Virus record (IMG/VR): IMGVR_UViG_3300030102_007483
Coordinates: 7,673-71,672 of that record
From: a virus
DNA: 64,000 nucleotides
Strand: one strand, 5' to 3'
In this document: piece after piece, positions 26,242 through 36,800 of the stretch
Layout: each line of letters begins with the position of its first letter
How positions within the stretch are numbered: the first letter of the stretch is position 1
The notes under the pieces: model-generated
Told to the model about the DNA's origin: nothing
The model's input: only the letters and a program-made list of their open reading frames with translations
Databases searched by the model: none
Translations under genes and position numbers: made by a program

Positions 26242-29135
26242 TGAGTGTAGATACAAGCGCGGTGATGAAAAAGATTCTCGCAACCGCAAGCGCGAGACGA
26301 TCATCTAGAAAAACCGAGTCGGATTCCGGTGAGAGCATCGATTGGCTTAGTAGGTGGTTGGATTCTATTGAGTTAGAAGCGGATATTTTGGGGAGCATTG
26401 CGACTCATGAACTCAAGTCGTACAAGGCTGCGATCGAGTTCCACACCAACGTGGCCGGTCTCCAGTTCAAGTATGAACAACTTGAGACTTCGACGAACGT
26501 CGAAAGGGCGAAGATCTATGCGGACATTCTAAAAGCGCAAATCGCAGCACAAAAAACGTACTATTCGAAGACCCGCGTTGCAGACACTAATATCACAGGA
26601 GCTTTTTTGAACTCTGTCGGGGACAGCGCGGACCCGGTAATTTTGTTAAATAAAGCAGCAGATGCGTTGAAGGCTGGAATGGCCATCAATAATCTCAGTG
26701 GTAAACCGAACATTTCTCCCACTGATCCTGCGTTTACCGCAACAATGCGGGCACTTCTGGAGGGTGCGAATAGGCACAACGGAAAAAAACTTGTTGTGTT
26801 TGGTCGAGATGGACTCGTCGATATAAGAGCGACACAAGCAAATATTAACGCTCGGAAAATGTCGGGTCCCGAGATGACAAATTTAGTCAACTCGATGAAG
26901 GCGTACAACGCAAAACGACTGCAAGAGATTGGAATTGACGAAGGCTACGAGGAGGCGATTACACTTGCCGATAATCGATATCAGGCTGCTGTAGCTAAGC
27001 TCCGAAAGGATCCAAATGACGCTGAGGCTTTGAATGATCTTGAGGCCATCAATGAGCAGATTGAATCGGGCAAGATCCAATTTTTGGCTGATGCAAATCT
27101 CGTTAGTAAAGAAGAAGCCGAGAAAGAACTTGAGATCATCGATCTTAGAATGGATGCGGCAACAGAGGCTCGCACCGCAGCGGCGTACGCAAAGAGTAAA
27201 CTTGGTGGCGATGATCAGGATGAAGTCCGCGAAGGTTTAGCGAAGGGTGTGAGCAACTCTGCATTTCGGGCATGGGCGGCAGATCATGGTTTCGATCGAC
27301 TTGGTTCTGTTGATTTCGACAAGGACGGTAAAGTAGATGTCGACACCTACAAAGAGGGTGGCGACGATGTTGCTGCTCTGTTGGCGTGGCAGAAACAATC
27401 TCTTCGAAAACCGGGCAACTATGGATTCCGTGCCGTCAACTCTGGCGAGATCTGGCGTGTCGAACTCAAGGACGGCACCGAGGTAACAGGGCACCGCTTG
27501 CGTCGTCATGCGGCAGACCCTAACGGGGCGATTCGCATTGTTACGGCTGAGGGTGCTCGACTGATTACTCCTGCAGAGGCATCACAGGCACAGATTCTTC
27601 AAAGACAAAAAACCGGGTTGAGTCGTATCGATCGACGTGCTCGACGAATGTTCAAGAAGAATAAATTTAAGTACGAAAAGCTGGGGGCTACTGCTCGATT
27701 CCGTGCGGGTGAAATGGCGAAAGCCGACTTAGCCCAGACCGAAAATCTTGAGTACATCGTCGATCCTGAAACGGGTCAAGGTATTACGAAGCGGGAGTTT
27801 GAGACTGCAAAGCAGAACGCTCGTACCAGTGCTTCTTTTATTTTTGAATCCGACGGGATGATGTACATTGTCGATCCTGCGACAGCAAAGGTTTACTCCG
27901 CAGATTTTGCTGGAAACAAGTTTACGGAACTCACAGATGATCAAAGGGACGCGATACGGGACAAGATTCCTGTCGACGGTCAACGCATGTATTTCGGTGT
28001 AGGCAAGGATGGCAAGCCTGTAAAGCTTTTCCGTACGGCCGATATCGAGGCCCTTGTCAAAGGAGAGTTGGAGATAGACGGTGACTTTTCTGGCTTCGAC
28101 TCTGATGAGTTCAATGCGTTGTTGGAGCAAGACACGACGTTGGCCGGGCTCGGTTTTGAGATGTCTCCTGATGTTCCCGCTACCCCTGTTTCTGGTACGA
28201 CATCGAGATTGGCTGGTTTCAATATTGTTGAGCAGGAAGACACTCGACGTATATCGGATGAAGATGAAGTAAAAGCAAACGATGCTCTAGACTCATATTT
28301 GGTTTTGGCTCCGGTAGGCGAGGCTCCAACTATTGATGATGGACAGGACGACAACGTGAGTGGTCCCGGAGCGGTGGGCGGCGATGTAACTGCTGAAATG
28401 ATTAAGTCGTTGCTCGATCCCAATAGAACACCGGAAGAAAAAGCTAAGTTGTCTGAGATTTACAACGAGCGGTTTCCGGACCTTTACAGGACGGCCTTCT
28501 TCAATCTGGATACTGAAAGCCTTGATTTCGATCCGACGGATCCCACGTTTGAGCCGCCTCCACCAAAGGAGGAGCCGGGGCTTCCTCCAGCAAAGGGTAC
28601 TTTGATTGATGCTGAGCAAGTCGATGAGTTTACTGCTGAAGAGATGGGAGTTGCTCCAACAGAGACTGCTCCGGGTGCGACACCTCCAGTGGGTGATGTT
28701 GCTCCACTCCCTACTAAGGCGCGACCTTCGACGGTCGATACTTCTGCTCCCGGAGTTGGAAAGAAAACGCCGAAGTCTTTGAAGTCAGTACCTATGATTG
28801 ACGTTGGCGCACTGCCAATGGACACAAGCACTGGCGGTAAGTCAAAGATTGTTCGATCAACTCAACCACCTTCACCGGACATTGATGCTGGGTCAATGTC
28901 TATGTTCAAGGGTATGAACCTGCAGGGGGTTTTTGGGGCGGGCAAACAAGAGGACAAAACGTCAACTGATGAGAAAGCAGAGTCATCAGATGACAAACCT
29001 GATAGCATTGATTCTCCATCCGTTCCCGGAACAGGAGGAATTTTCGGTGGCCTCAGAGATCGTCGAAAGAAGAAACGTGAAAAAGAAAAACCTGAAGCAG
29101 ATACGAATTCTGATGATGATGAGGTACAACTATGA
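26241..29135 (+). CDS. Ejection/internal virion protein 2 (putative)
   Basis: 964 aa helical protein; TAATG coupling; position in the cluster. Confidence 0.6.
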   Translation: MSVDTSAVMKKILATASARRSSRKTESDSGESIDWLSRWLDSIELEADILGSIATHELKSYKAAIEFHTNVAGLQFKYEQLETSTNVERAKIYADILKAQIAAQKTYYSKTRVADTNITGAFLNSVGDSADPVILLNKAADALKAGMAINNLSGKPNISPTDPAFTATMRALLEGANRHNGKKLVVFGRDGLVDIRATQANINARKMSGPEMTNLVNSMKAYNAKRLQEIGIDEGYEEAITLADNRYQAAVAKLRKDPNDAEALNDLEAINEQIESGKIQFLADANLVSKEEAEKELEIIDLRMDAATEARTAAAYAKSKLGGDDQDEVREGLAKGVSNSAFRAWAADHGFDRLGSVDFDKDGKVDVDTYKEGGDDVAALLAWQKQSLRKPGNYGFRAVNSGEIWRVELKDGTEVTGHRLRRHAADPNGAIRIVTAEGARLITPAEASQAQILQRQKTGLSRIDRRARRMFKKNKFKYEKLGATARFRAGEMAKADLAQTENLEYIVDPETGQGITKREFETAKQNARTSASFIFESDGMMYIVDPATAKVYSADFAGNKFTELTDDQRDAIRDKIPVDGQRMYFGVGKDGKPVKLFRTADIEALVKGELEIDGDFSGFDSDEFNALLEQDTTLAGLGFEMSPDVPATPVSGTTSRLAGFNIVEQEDTRRISDEDEVKANDALDSYLVLAPVGEAPTIDDGQDDNVSGPGAVGGDVTAEMIKSLLDPNRTPEEKAKLSEIYNERFPDLYRTAFFNLDTESLDFDPTDPTFEPPPPKEEPGLPPAKGTLIDAEQVDEFTAEEMGVAPTETAPGATPPVGDVAPLPTKARPSTVDTSAPGVGKKTPKSLKSVPMIDVGALPMDTSTGGKSKIVRSTQPPSPDIDAGSMSMFKGMNLQGVFGAGKQEDKTSTDEKAESSDDKPDSIDSPSVPGTGGIFGGLRDRRKKKREKEKPEADTNSDDDEVQL

Positions 29136-29395
29136 CTGACGAAGAAAAGGTTGCGTCGATTGAGATAAAACCGAGTGCGGAAAACATTAAGGTTGAAGGC
29201 TCACCCGTGGCTGAAAAGGCTCGAAGGGATGCAAGACGAGCCCAACGACTGAAAAAATTGATGCCGGTAGTAAAGGCTATGAGAGGTAAATCGTCTGAAT
29301 CAACGAAGACCGCTTCTTCTTCGGACGATAATCAGCAGTTTTCTGATATGCAGATTGCTATGCAAAATGTCGCGAATGCGTTTAAGCCGAGGTAG
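29132..29395 (+). CDS. Hypothetical protein
   Basis: ATGA overlap; SD GAGGT. Confidence 0.65.
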   Translation: MTDEEKVASIEIKPSAENIKVEGSPVAEKARRDARRAQRLKKLMPVVKAMRGKSSESTKTASSSDDNQQFSDMQIAMQNVANAFKPR

Positions 29396-29398
29396 TCC

Positions 29399-30793
29399 AT
29401 GCGAGTTTTTGGGCAGACGCCGAAACCTAAGGTTGTCAATAAACCGCCGCAGCCTGAGGTTGTTTCAGCACCTAAATCACCGGAGTCAAAGACCGAAGGC
29501 GCTAAGCCGAAGGAACAACCGACCTTGGATGCGGATGCGGGTACGCCTGCTTCGGTAACTATCGAGCCGATTGTTGGAATAGATGACGCGGTTAAAGCTG
29601 CGGAGTCGGTCTCCTACGAAGACAAACTAAAAGTTATCGACAGCAAAATTGACAGACTGAGGGAGGTTGTGCGGTCGCAGGATGCTCAGCGAGAAAGGTT
29701 TGGTTCACCGATTCTTACAGCCACCATTGCTGAGCGAGAAGCCCAATCTTTAGATAAAGATCTTTTAGAATCACAAAGGCTGGACAATAAAGACAAACTT
29801 CGGAATCTTCTCAAAGAAAGGTCAGATTTGGTTCGCGCAAACGTTCCCGGAGCCTTGGCGGCTGGTATGGCCCCAATCACACCAATCCTGCCCGACACGA
29901 GTCCGGATATGTTAGCCGGTCCCGTTTACAATCGTAGTCCTCAGCGCCAAGAGGAAAGGCTTCGAGAGGTAGAAAGTAATATATTCACGGCGGATAAAAT
30001 GTATTCCAAGCCGTCGATGGAATTTTCGACTATGGGGCCGAGAAGAAGACAAACAGTAATTACACCAAGAAGTTTTGACAAAGATGGTAAACTCAGAATT
30101 GGTGACCCGCAGACATACGCAGTAAGTCGTTTACGAGAAGGATTCCTTCAAGACTTTGGACTGCGCGGTAAACGAGGTGAAGTCGATTTACTGCCGGATA
30201 TTATTGATCCTATGGCGGCAGGAGCCTACACACTTCTAGATCGAATTCTAACACCTACGCTGGATACTATTACTGGTGGTCCTGTGAGAGGTTTGGCTGG
30301 AGTACCCTCGTTCAGTGGTCAGATGTTTCCCTCGACCCGGATGAATCCAGATCGATACATTGACCCCAATACGGGAGAAGAAACCTTTTTTGCGCAAGGC
30401 AAGCCGCTTTCACTGACAGAACAACCAAATCGACAAGGTGGAATTATTCGTGCTCCTCGTTCGCCAAGAAAAACTCGAACCGGCAAAACGTTGACCCCTG
30501 AGTTAATGCTTCAAAATGCTCGGAAGGCTTTGGAGCTAAGGACTAATATGATTATCTCCGCCCAAGGCGCAATATCGGAATTAAGGGAAAAGCTACGGAA
30601 TGATCAGGTTGCTACATTGGATCAGCCGAACGCTTACGCTTCGATTTCTGCGTTCGAGGATACCATCGAACAGTTATCGGCAGAAAGCGATCAATTGCGA
30701 CGTATCATAGGTGTTAGTATCCCACGGTCTGAGGCGGCGGAGGAAATCGCTCCAATGTATGCAGGATCTGGAATCGTACCAACAGAAGACTAA
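29399..30793 (+). CDS. Putative internal virion protein
   Basis: 464 aa; SD GAGGT; lies between ejection genes. Confidence 0.55.
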   Translation: MRVFGQTPKPKVVNKPPQPEVVSAPKSPESKTEGAKPKEQPTLDADAGTPASVTIEPIVGIDDAVKAAESVSYEDKLKVIDSKIDRLREVVRSQDAQRERFGSPILTATIAEREAQSLDKDLLESQRLDNKDKLRNLLKERSDLVRANVPGALAAGMAPITPILPDTSPDMLAGPVYNRSPQRQEERLREVESNIFTADKMYSKPSMEFSTMGPRRRQTVITPRSFDKDGKLRIGDPQTYAVSRLREGFLQDFGLRGKRGEVDLLPDIIDPMAAGAYTLLDRILTPTLDTITGGPVRGLAGVPSFSGQMFPSTRMNPDRYIDPNTGEETFFAQGKPLSLTEQPNRQGGIIRAPRSPRKTRTGKTLTPELMLQNARKALELRTNMIISAQGAISELREKLRNDQVATLDQPNAYASISAFEDTIEQLSAESDQLRRIIGVSIPRSEAAEEIAPMYAGSGIVPTED

Positions 30794-30805
30794 TCGGAGA
30801 CACTG

Positions 30806-33800
30806 GTGGCAGAAACTCAAAAGCAGATGGAGGATCGTTTAGCTCGACTGAAAGCCAGCGACCCCGGCGATATGACGATTGATCTCGATGACGCTCCTGT
30901 GGGGGACAAGAAGCCTGCAAAGAAAGGCACTGATGTTGACGAAAAGCCACCAACCGAAGATGACAAACTAGGTAAGTTTGAAAAATTCCCTGAGTTCGAG
31001 GAGATGGACATTGATCTCCTCACAAAAGACCTTCAAATGAAACGGCTCGGTATTCGGATTGCGAGTGAGGCAGAATCGACAAAGCGAATAAATCCAAAGC
31101 TTGCGGCAGAAAAGAAAGAAAAAAACGAACCTATTCTCGCGTCGGACGAAATCCTCAAAGCGCATGCAGAGCTTGCGGGATTTACTGTCGAAGATTTCAA
31201 AAAGGCTGCCGAGTTTCAGGAAGCACCAATCCAAAATTTTTTCCGAGATATTGGAGATCAGGGTCGACCTGTCCAAGAAGTATTTGATGCCTACAAAACA
31301 CAAGAAAGTCTGTGGTCAAAAACACAGCAACAACGAAAAGTGTTGGCTAGAGGTGAAAAGGTTCGAATCAAAGGTATCGAACGAGTGGTTACGGGGGAAA
31401 AGAAATTGTCCCCTGAAAAAAGAAAGGAGACACTTCAAGTTCTCCTAGCGGCTAAAGACCCCCGATTGAAGAGCCGAATTTTTACGGGTGACGCCGACAG
31501 CGGTGAGGCTGAAGATGCAATCGCCAAGCCGGGTCAGGCTGGGTACGACCGTCTCACGATGCAGGCGAACAAGCTCATCAATAAAGAACTCGCAGATGAC
31601 AAGGAGCAGGCAGAGATTTATCAGAGTCACATTGCGGCTCTGGGGCCACCAACGACGGGCGCGATGATTCGTAACACTCTTGGTGAACGAAAGTTTCAAG
31701 AGATGGTAAATCAGATCTCCACTCATAAGCTCAACAAAATGGCTAAACGCCAAGGTGTTCAGAGAGGTACAGAAGCATATGAGGAATTGAGAGCTAAATC
31801 CAATCGTGACGCTCTGTACGAGGCCGCACTTCTAAGGACCGTGAATAAATACTATCTCCCCGGATTCGTGCAGTACGATCAGATTGACCCCGGAAACGTG
31901 CGTGGCGCGGAAGACACCAAGGATAAGTGGTGGATCACGCAAGCCATGAAAAACGCTGCGGATGTACGGATTGAGGTCGTCGGCTTGGACCCTAAGGGTA
32001 TTCCTGTCTATCGACTTACATCGCCTACATGGCATATTTTTGAGATGGCGGATTCGGTTCAGGCAGGTATTGCGGGTGCCATTGAGCGATTGTCCGACGA
32101 TGAGAGAGATGAGAGCATCTTGACTGCGATTCGAGAAGGATCCCTTGATGGTATTCGTAATCGACGAGACTTCTTGAAGGCGGCGCTGTCGAGTGAGGCT
32201 GCTGAGAACGGTGGTCTGGCTTCGTTTGCTATGGGGTCTGCGGGGCTTGTTGCTGCCATCCTCACTCCTGATCTCTTTATGGGCGCTGCCGCAGTCGCAC
32301 GAACAACAAAAAGGGTTGCGCAAATCGCGTCGGAAACTGCTGGGTTCCGTCGAGCCGCACCGGCATTGGTTGAATCTCTGGGAGATGGAGCGACAAGCTA
32401 CGCTAAAACCGAAGATGTGCTGGAGGCAGCAGAGGCTGCTGTTGCTAGAGGCGATTATGACTCGGCACTACTGATACTCGAAGAAGCTAAAACTATAGCT
32501 AAAAAAGGCGACGAGGCCCTGTCCAAGGCCCGTGGTGAGAATGTTGAGATTGCACGAGAAGTAGATCGATTGGATGTCGACATCGCTGCTCGCATGGGCA
32601 AAAAGGTGCCGGAAAGCACGTTTGCAGAGGGTAAGAGAGTCGCGTCAAAGATACCCGGATCCTTCGGAGAAACAGCCCAGAATGTTCATATGGGCGCTCG
32701 ACGGGTCATGTTGAGGGGCGAGTCACTCGATCAATTTACAGGATTTCCTGAGCTTCTGAGCTTCGAGAAGATGATCGATTCGTTGAAAGAAAGTGTCGAC
32801 ATTCTCAAGTCAGGCGACCTTAAAAACGCGTTCAATGCCAAACTTCGAGAGATGGTTGCAAACCCTTTTCGTAATGCCGTCGATGAACTTTTGACCGAAA
32901 CAGGCGTAGGCGTAGGAGATATAAATCGGAGTGTTGGCCTTAGACAACAATCTTTGGATTTGATGACATTCTTAAACAGTACAAAGAGTACTAGAATTCT
33001 ACGAGATGACCCGCAGTTGTATCGATCAGAGGTCATTCGCATCGCAAAGAAAATTGATTTCGATGACGCAGATAAAGAAAAGGCCTTCTTCAACGCGCTC
33101 GAAAAACGATTCCCAGACCTTTTAGACGAAGCTAATAATATTGGTAAAACACTGTCTAAAGTTTCCATCGCAGAGGCTCGTCAGGCCACATCGAGAGGGA
33201 TTGCTGCAATTAGGGGGAATCTTGAGTCTCGCGCAGCCTCATCGGCGTTTATTCGCGAACGTGTGGCCGAACAGGCCAAGGTGGCGGCTGAACCTCTTTT
33301 GATAAAGCTAACGGATCGATATGCCGAAGTTGGTCGAGATCGACTCTCGCCTCAAGCTCTGCAGATTCAAGACGCTATTTTGGACATCTACCCAAACATA
33401 GACTCATCAGAAATACGAAAGTTTACTCGTATGATGGATCAAGAGGCGAAGAAGTTTGCAGATTCTAAAAAAGGTAGAACTGTTGCAGACTTCTACGCGG
33501 AGAGATTTGGTGGTATCAAGAAGGGACTAGACGACGTTGCCGATGAAGTAAAGCCGAAGGACGTTAAACCGGAGACACAGAAGGATCCCACGATTGATGA
33601 GGTTACTCCAAAGGATGTTGCTCCGGAACCACAACCAGCACCACCAGCACGAGACCTTTTGGATGATGTTGAGGCCGGAAATATTTCTAAGTTGCCGAAG
33701 GGGCTTCAGGATGCTCTACGTGGAATTGCTAACGACGCGAAGAAAAGAGGCGGGTTTTCAGGACCAATTCAGGGTGTAAAACCTCAGCAGGTTTTGCCTG

Positions 33801-36800
33801 AGGTTGAAGACGCGTTCGCCGATTTGATGAATGCTGATCGACGCACCCAAGAAGTAAGGCCAGCAATACACGTTTTAAAATCATCCTCGCCGGGTTTGAG
33901 TGCCCGTACTTTATATAATCACGTCTCTAAGATGACACGCATGGACGAAGTGTGTGATTTTTTAGCCCGTCATGCGGAGCTTGATTCCACCAGACTGTTG
34001 GCTCAAAAAATACTGCCGAACCTACGTCGTGATCCGGGACAGTTTCGTGTCATCAGCGGTAAAGTCGATGACGTCGACCTTAGTGTGCGAGACGCTCATG
34101 GATTGTATTTTCCTAACACCCATAGAATATTTATACGTGGCGCACAAAAACCGGCAAGATTGGGCGATGAAATTCCGATCGAGACGGGTCTGACCGAAGA
34201 AACTCTTATTCATGAGTTGCTTCATGCAGCGACGGCAGTGTTCATCCAAAAAAACCCGAACGCTAAAGTTGTTCGAGATTTAGATCAACTTATTTCCGAA
34301 GTTCGAACTGGTTTGGGTGATTTGATCAAACAGATGACTGATGCGGGGCGAGGCAATCAACTCGGCTCGGTTTCCTTCTACTCCAATAACTTTGACTCCT
34401 ATGTTGGTTCTGCGGATGAGTTTCTTGTCCGCGCAATGACAGATCCAAAGTTCCAACGACTTTTGAAGCTAATTAAAGTAACGCCTAGATTAAGTATCTG
34501 GAATAAGTTTACGCGCGCTGTGGCATCTATTTTTGGTATTCGCAAAGAAGATGAAACAACCGCTCTGTCACAGGCGTTGATTGCCAGTGAAAGAGTTATA
34601 CAGAAGTCAGTAAAATTTGATCAACGACCTGCGTCAGATGCTGAACCCATCGTTAAGGTTCTTCGCCCTACACAAGGCACACCCGGAGTCGATGTAGGTG
34701 AACAAGTGGGCATGATCGATGAGTTTAGTGGCTTACCACTGTATGCAGAAAATGCATTACCCGACAGAATTAAACCGGATGTTTTTATCACATCGCCCAA
34801 ACTACGAAATCGCCCAGAAAATGGAATCACTCTGCAGACAGACAATCTTAGCGACCTTATTTCTCTGCGTGATTCGTTTACAGAAACATTTTCTGGTGTT
34901 CGAATTCCTAGATCAGATTCGGAGCAAGTTGTTCGTGTTTCAAACAGCTTCATTGACGTTGGTTTGAGGGGTAGAGGATTCGGCACCGACCTTTATCTGA
35001 GGGCATTGAAGTACGCACAAAATGAGGGAGTCGGTTTTGTAAGTGATGTCAGCCCAACGGGCGAAGCTCTTCGGGTTTATGCGAAATTGCGTTCGATGGG
35101 AGTTGGGTTTCGTCGATTACCCGTTCGTCTTGCAGACGGTAGTTTAGGGGAGGCCTCGTACATAGACGCTGTGTCTCTGGCTAAAGTTGATCTGGATGAT
35201 CTGGCGGTAACTCATGGTCTGCAAAATCGCTCAAGTATGTTTGGTCCATATGATAGTTTCGAAACGATTCCATCGAAGGTCCTGTACTCAAAACTAGCCG
35301 ACACATCGGATCCTTTGGTTGTTGAATTTTTGGAGAACGGGCAAGCAATCATTCGCGCTATTGGTGAGACTGCGAGTGTTGATGATTTTATTCGTGTTCT
35401 TGGTCGAATCTCACGCAGAGATCTTGATGAAAAGGGCATGAATATTGTTACGGATTGGCTCAAAACTAGAGGTATTAATGTCGGTTTTCAGGGTGCAAAG
35501 TTTACATCTGCTAACCCTGCTGACATTGAAAGGGCTGAGTCTGAGTTTGCGTCCGCCTTTGCTGCCTACGTTGACTCTGGTAGGGCAACGGACCCCGAAC
35601 TTGTAAAGCCTTTCAACACAGTTCGTGAGTGGGTTTCAGGTAAATATACTGCTCTTAGGAGTGCTGAAGCCGATGGAGCACCGTTTGAAATCGACGATCG
35701 TCTGACACTTCAACTCGACAAGATGATGCGGGTCCCTTCAAAGCGTGTCGGCATGCCGAACATCGTAGGCATGCTCAAAGACGCACTCATCAAACCAGAT
35801 TTGGGTGGGACATCAGTTGATGTTTTGGAGGAGATTGCTCGAGAAAGTTTCCGCTTGGGTACACCGATCAAAAAGAAAGACCTTCAAGAGCAGTTTACCA
35901 AGGCCTTGAAAGCGTACAACGCGGGCCGTAAAGAAGAGGCCGTCATAAGGTTACCGGGCCCCGTATCTATACGTGGGTGGAACGCTAGTTCAAGCACTGG
36001 CGCTAAAGAGTTTACCCTCGATGAGCTTGCCGACATACAACAAAGCTTGGAAACTGCAAAGCGTTTGGAGCTTCAGGAGGCCAGAAAGCTTGGTATGCCG
36101 ACTGCGGCACGAGCAATTGAAGAGAAGAATCCATCAGAGTTGGTCGATCAGTGGGTCACACAGAACCCAGTACAGGGCGCGTTCCGGTTCATGTATTTGG
36201 GTGGTGACGCGTTCGCAGATATGAGGCTGCTGCCTCCAGTCGTCCGTGATGCAATCATGGCCGGTACCCGAGCAGTGCAGCAAGCCATCGGTGATGCGAT
36301 TACTCTGGTTGCAGAAAAAGACATTGCTAAGTTGACCCAACTTTTGACTGGTGCTCCGAATGTTCAGTTTACAAAAGGTGGTCGATCAGCAATCAGTGCT
36401 GGCCACGATCACATGGCGGCTGTTTCATTAAACTTAGGGCGGTACTTCGCATCCGTGAATCAAACGAACTTGGGCATTGTACGAAACTTTGTTCAAAGAG
36501 TAAGAGTGTTGGACTCCACTGCGAAGGCAGCAGCAGAACTAAGTGCGGAAGAATTGGGCAAGGTATCCGAAATCGTTAATGATCTGATATCTGGAGATAA
36601 GGCTTCACGTTTTGTCACTGAGGTTTTCAAAGCGGCTGGATTTACGGGTAGTCGCATCGAGCCAAAGTTCTTTACGGAACCAGCTACAGGCCTTGATCCC
36701 GGCGGTCTGCTTGAAATATTGATGTATTACAGCAACGTATCCGGTCGTGTTGATCCTTCGATGACGACTCAAGATGGTCGACAAGTGTTTGCTTTCTTCA

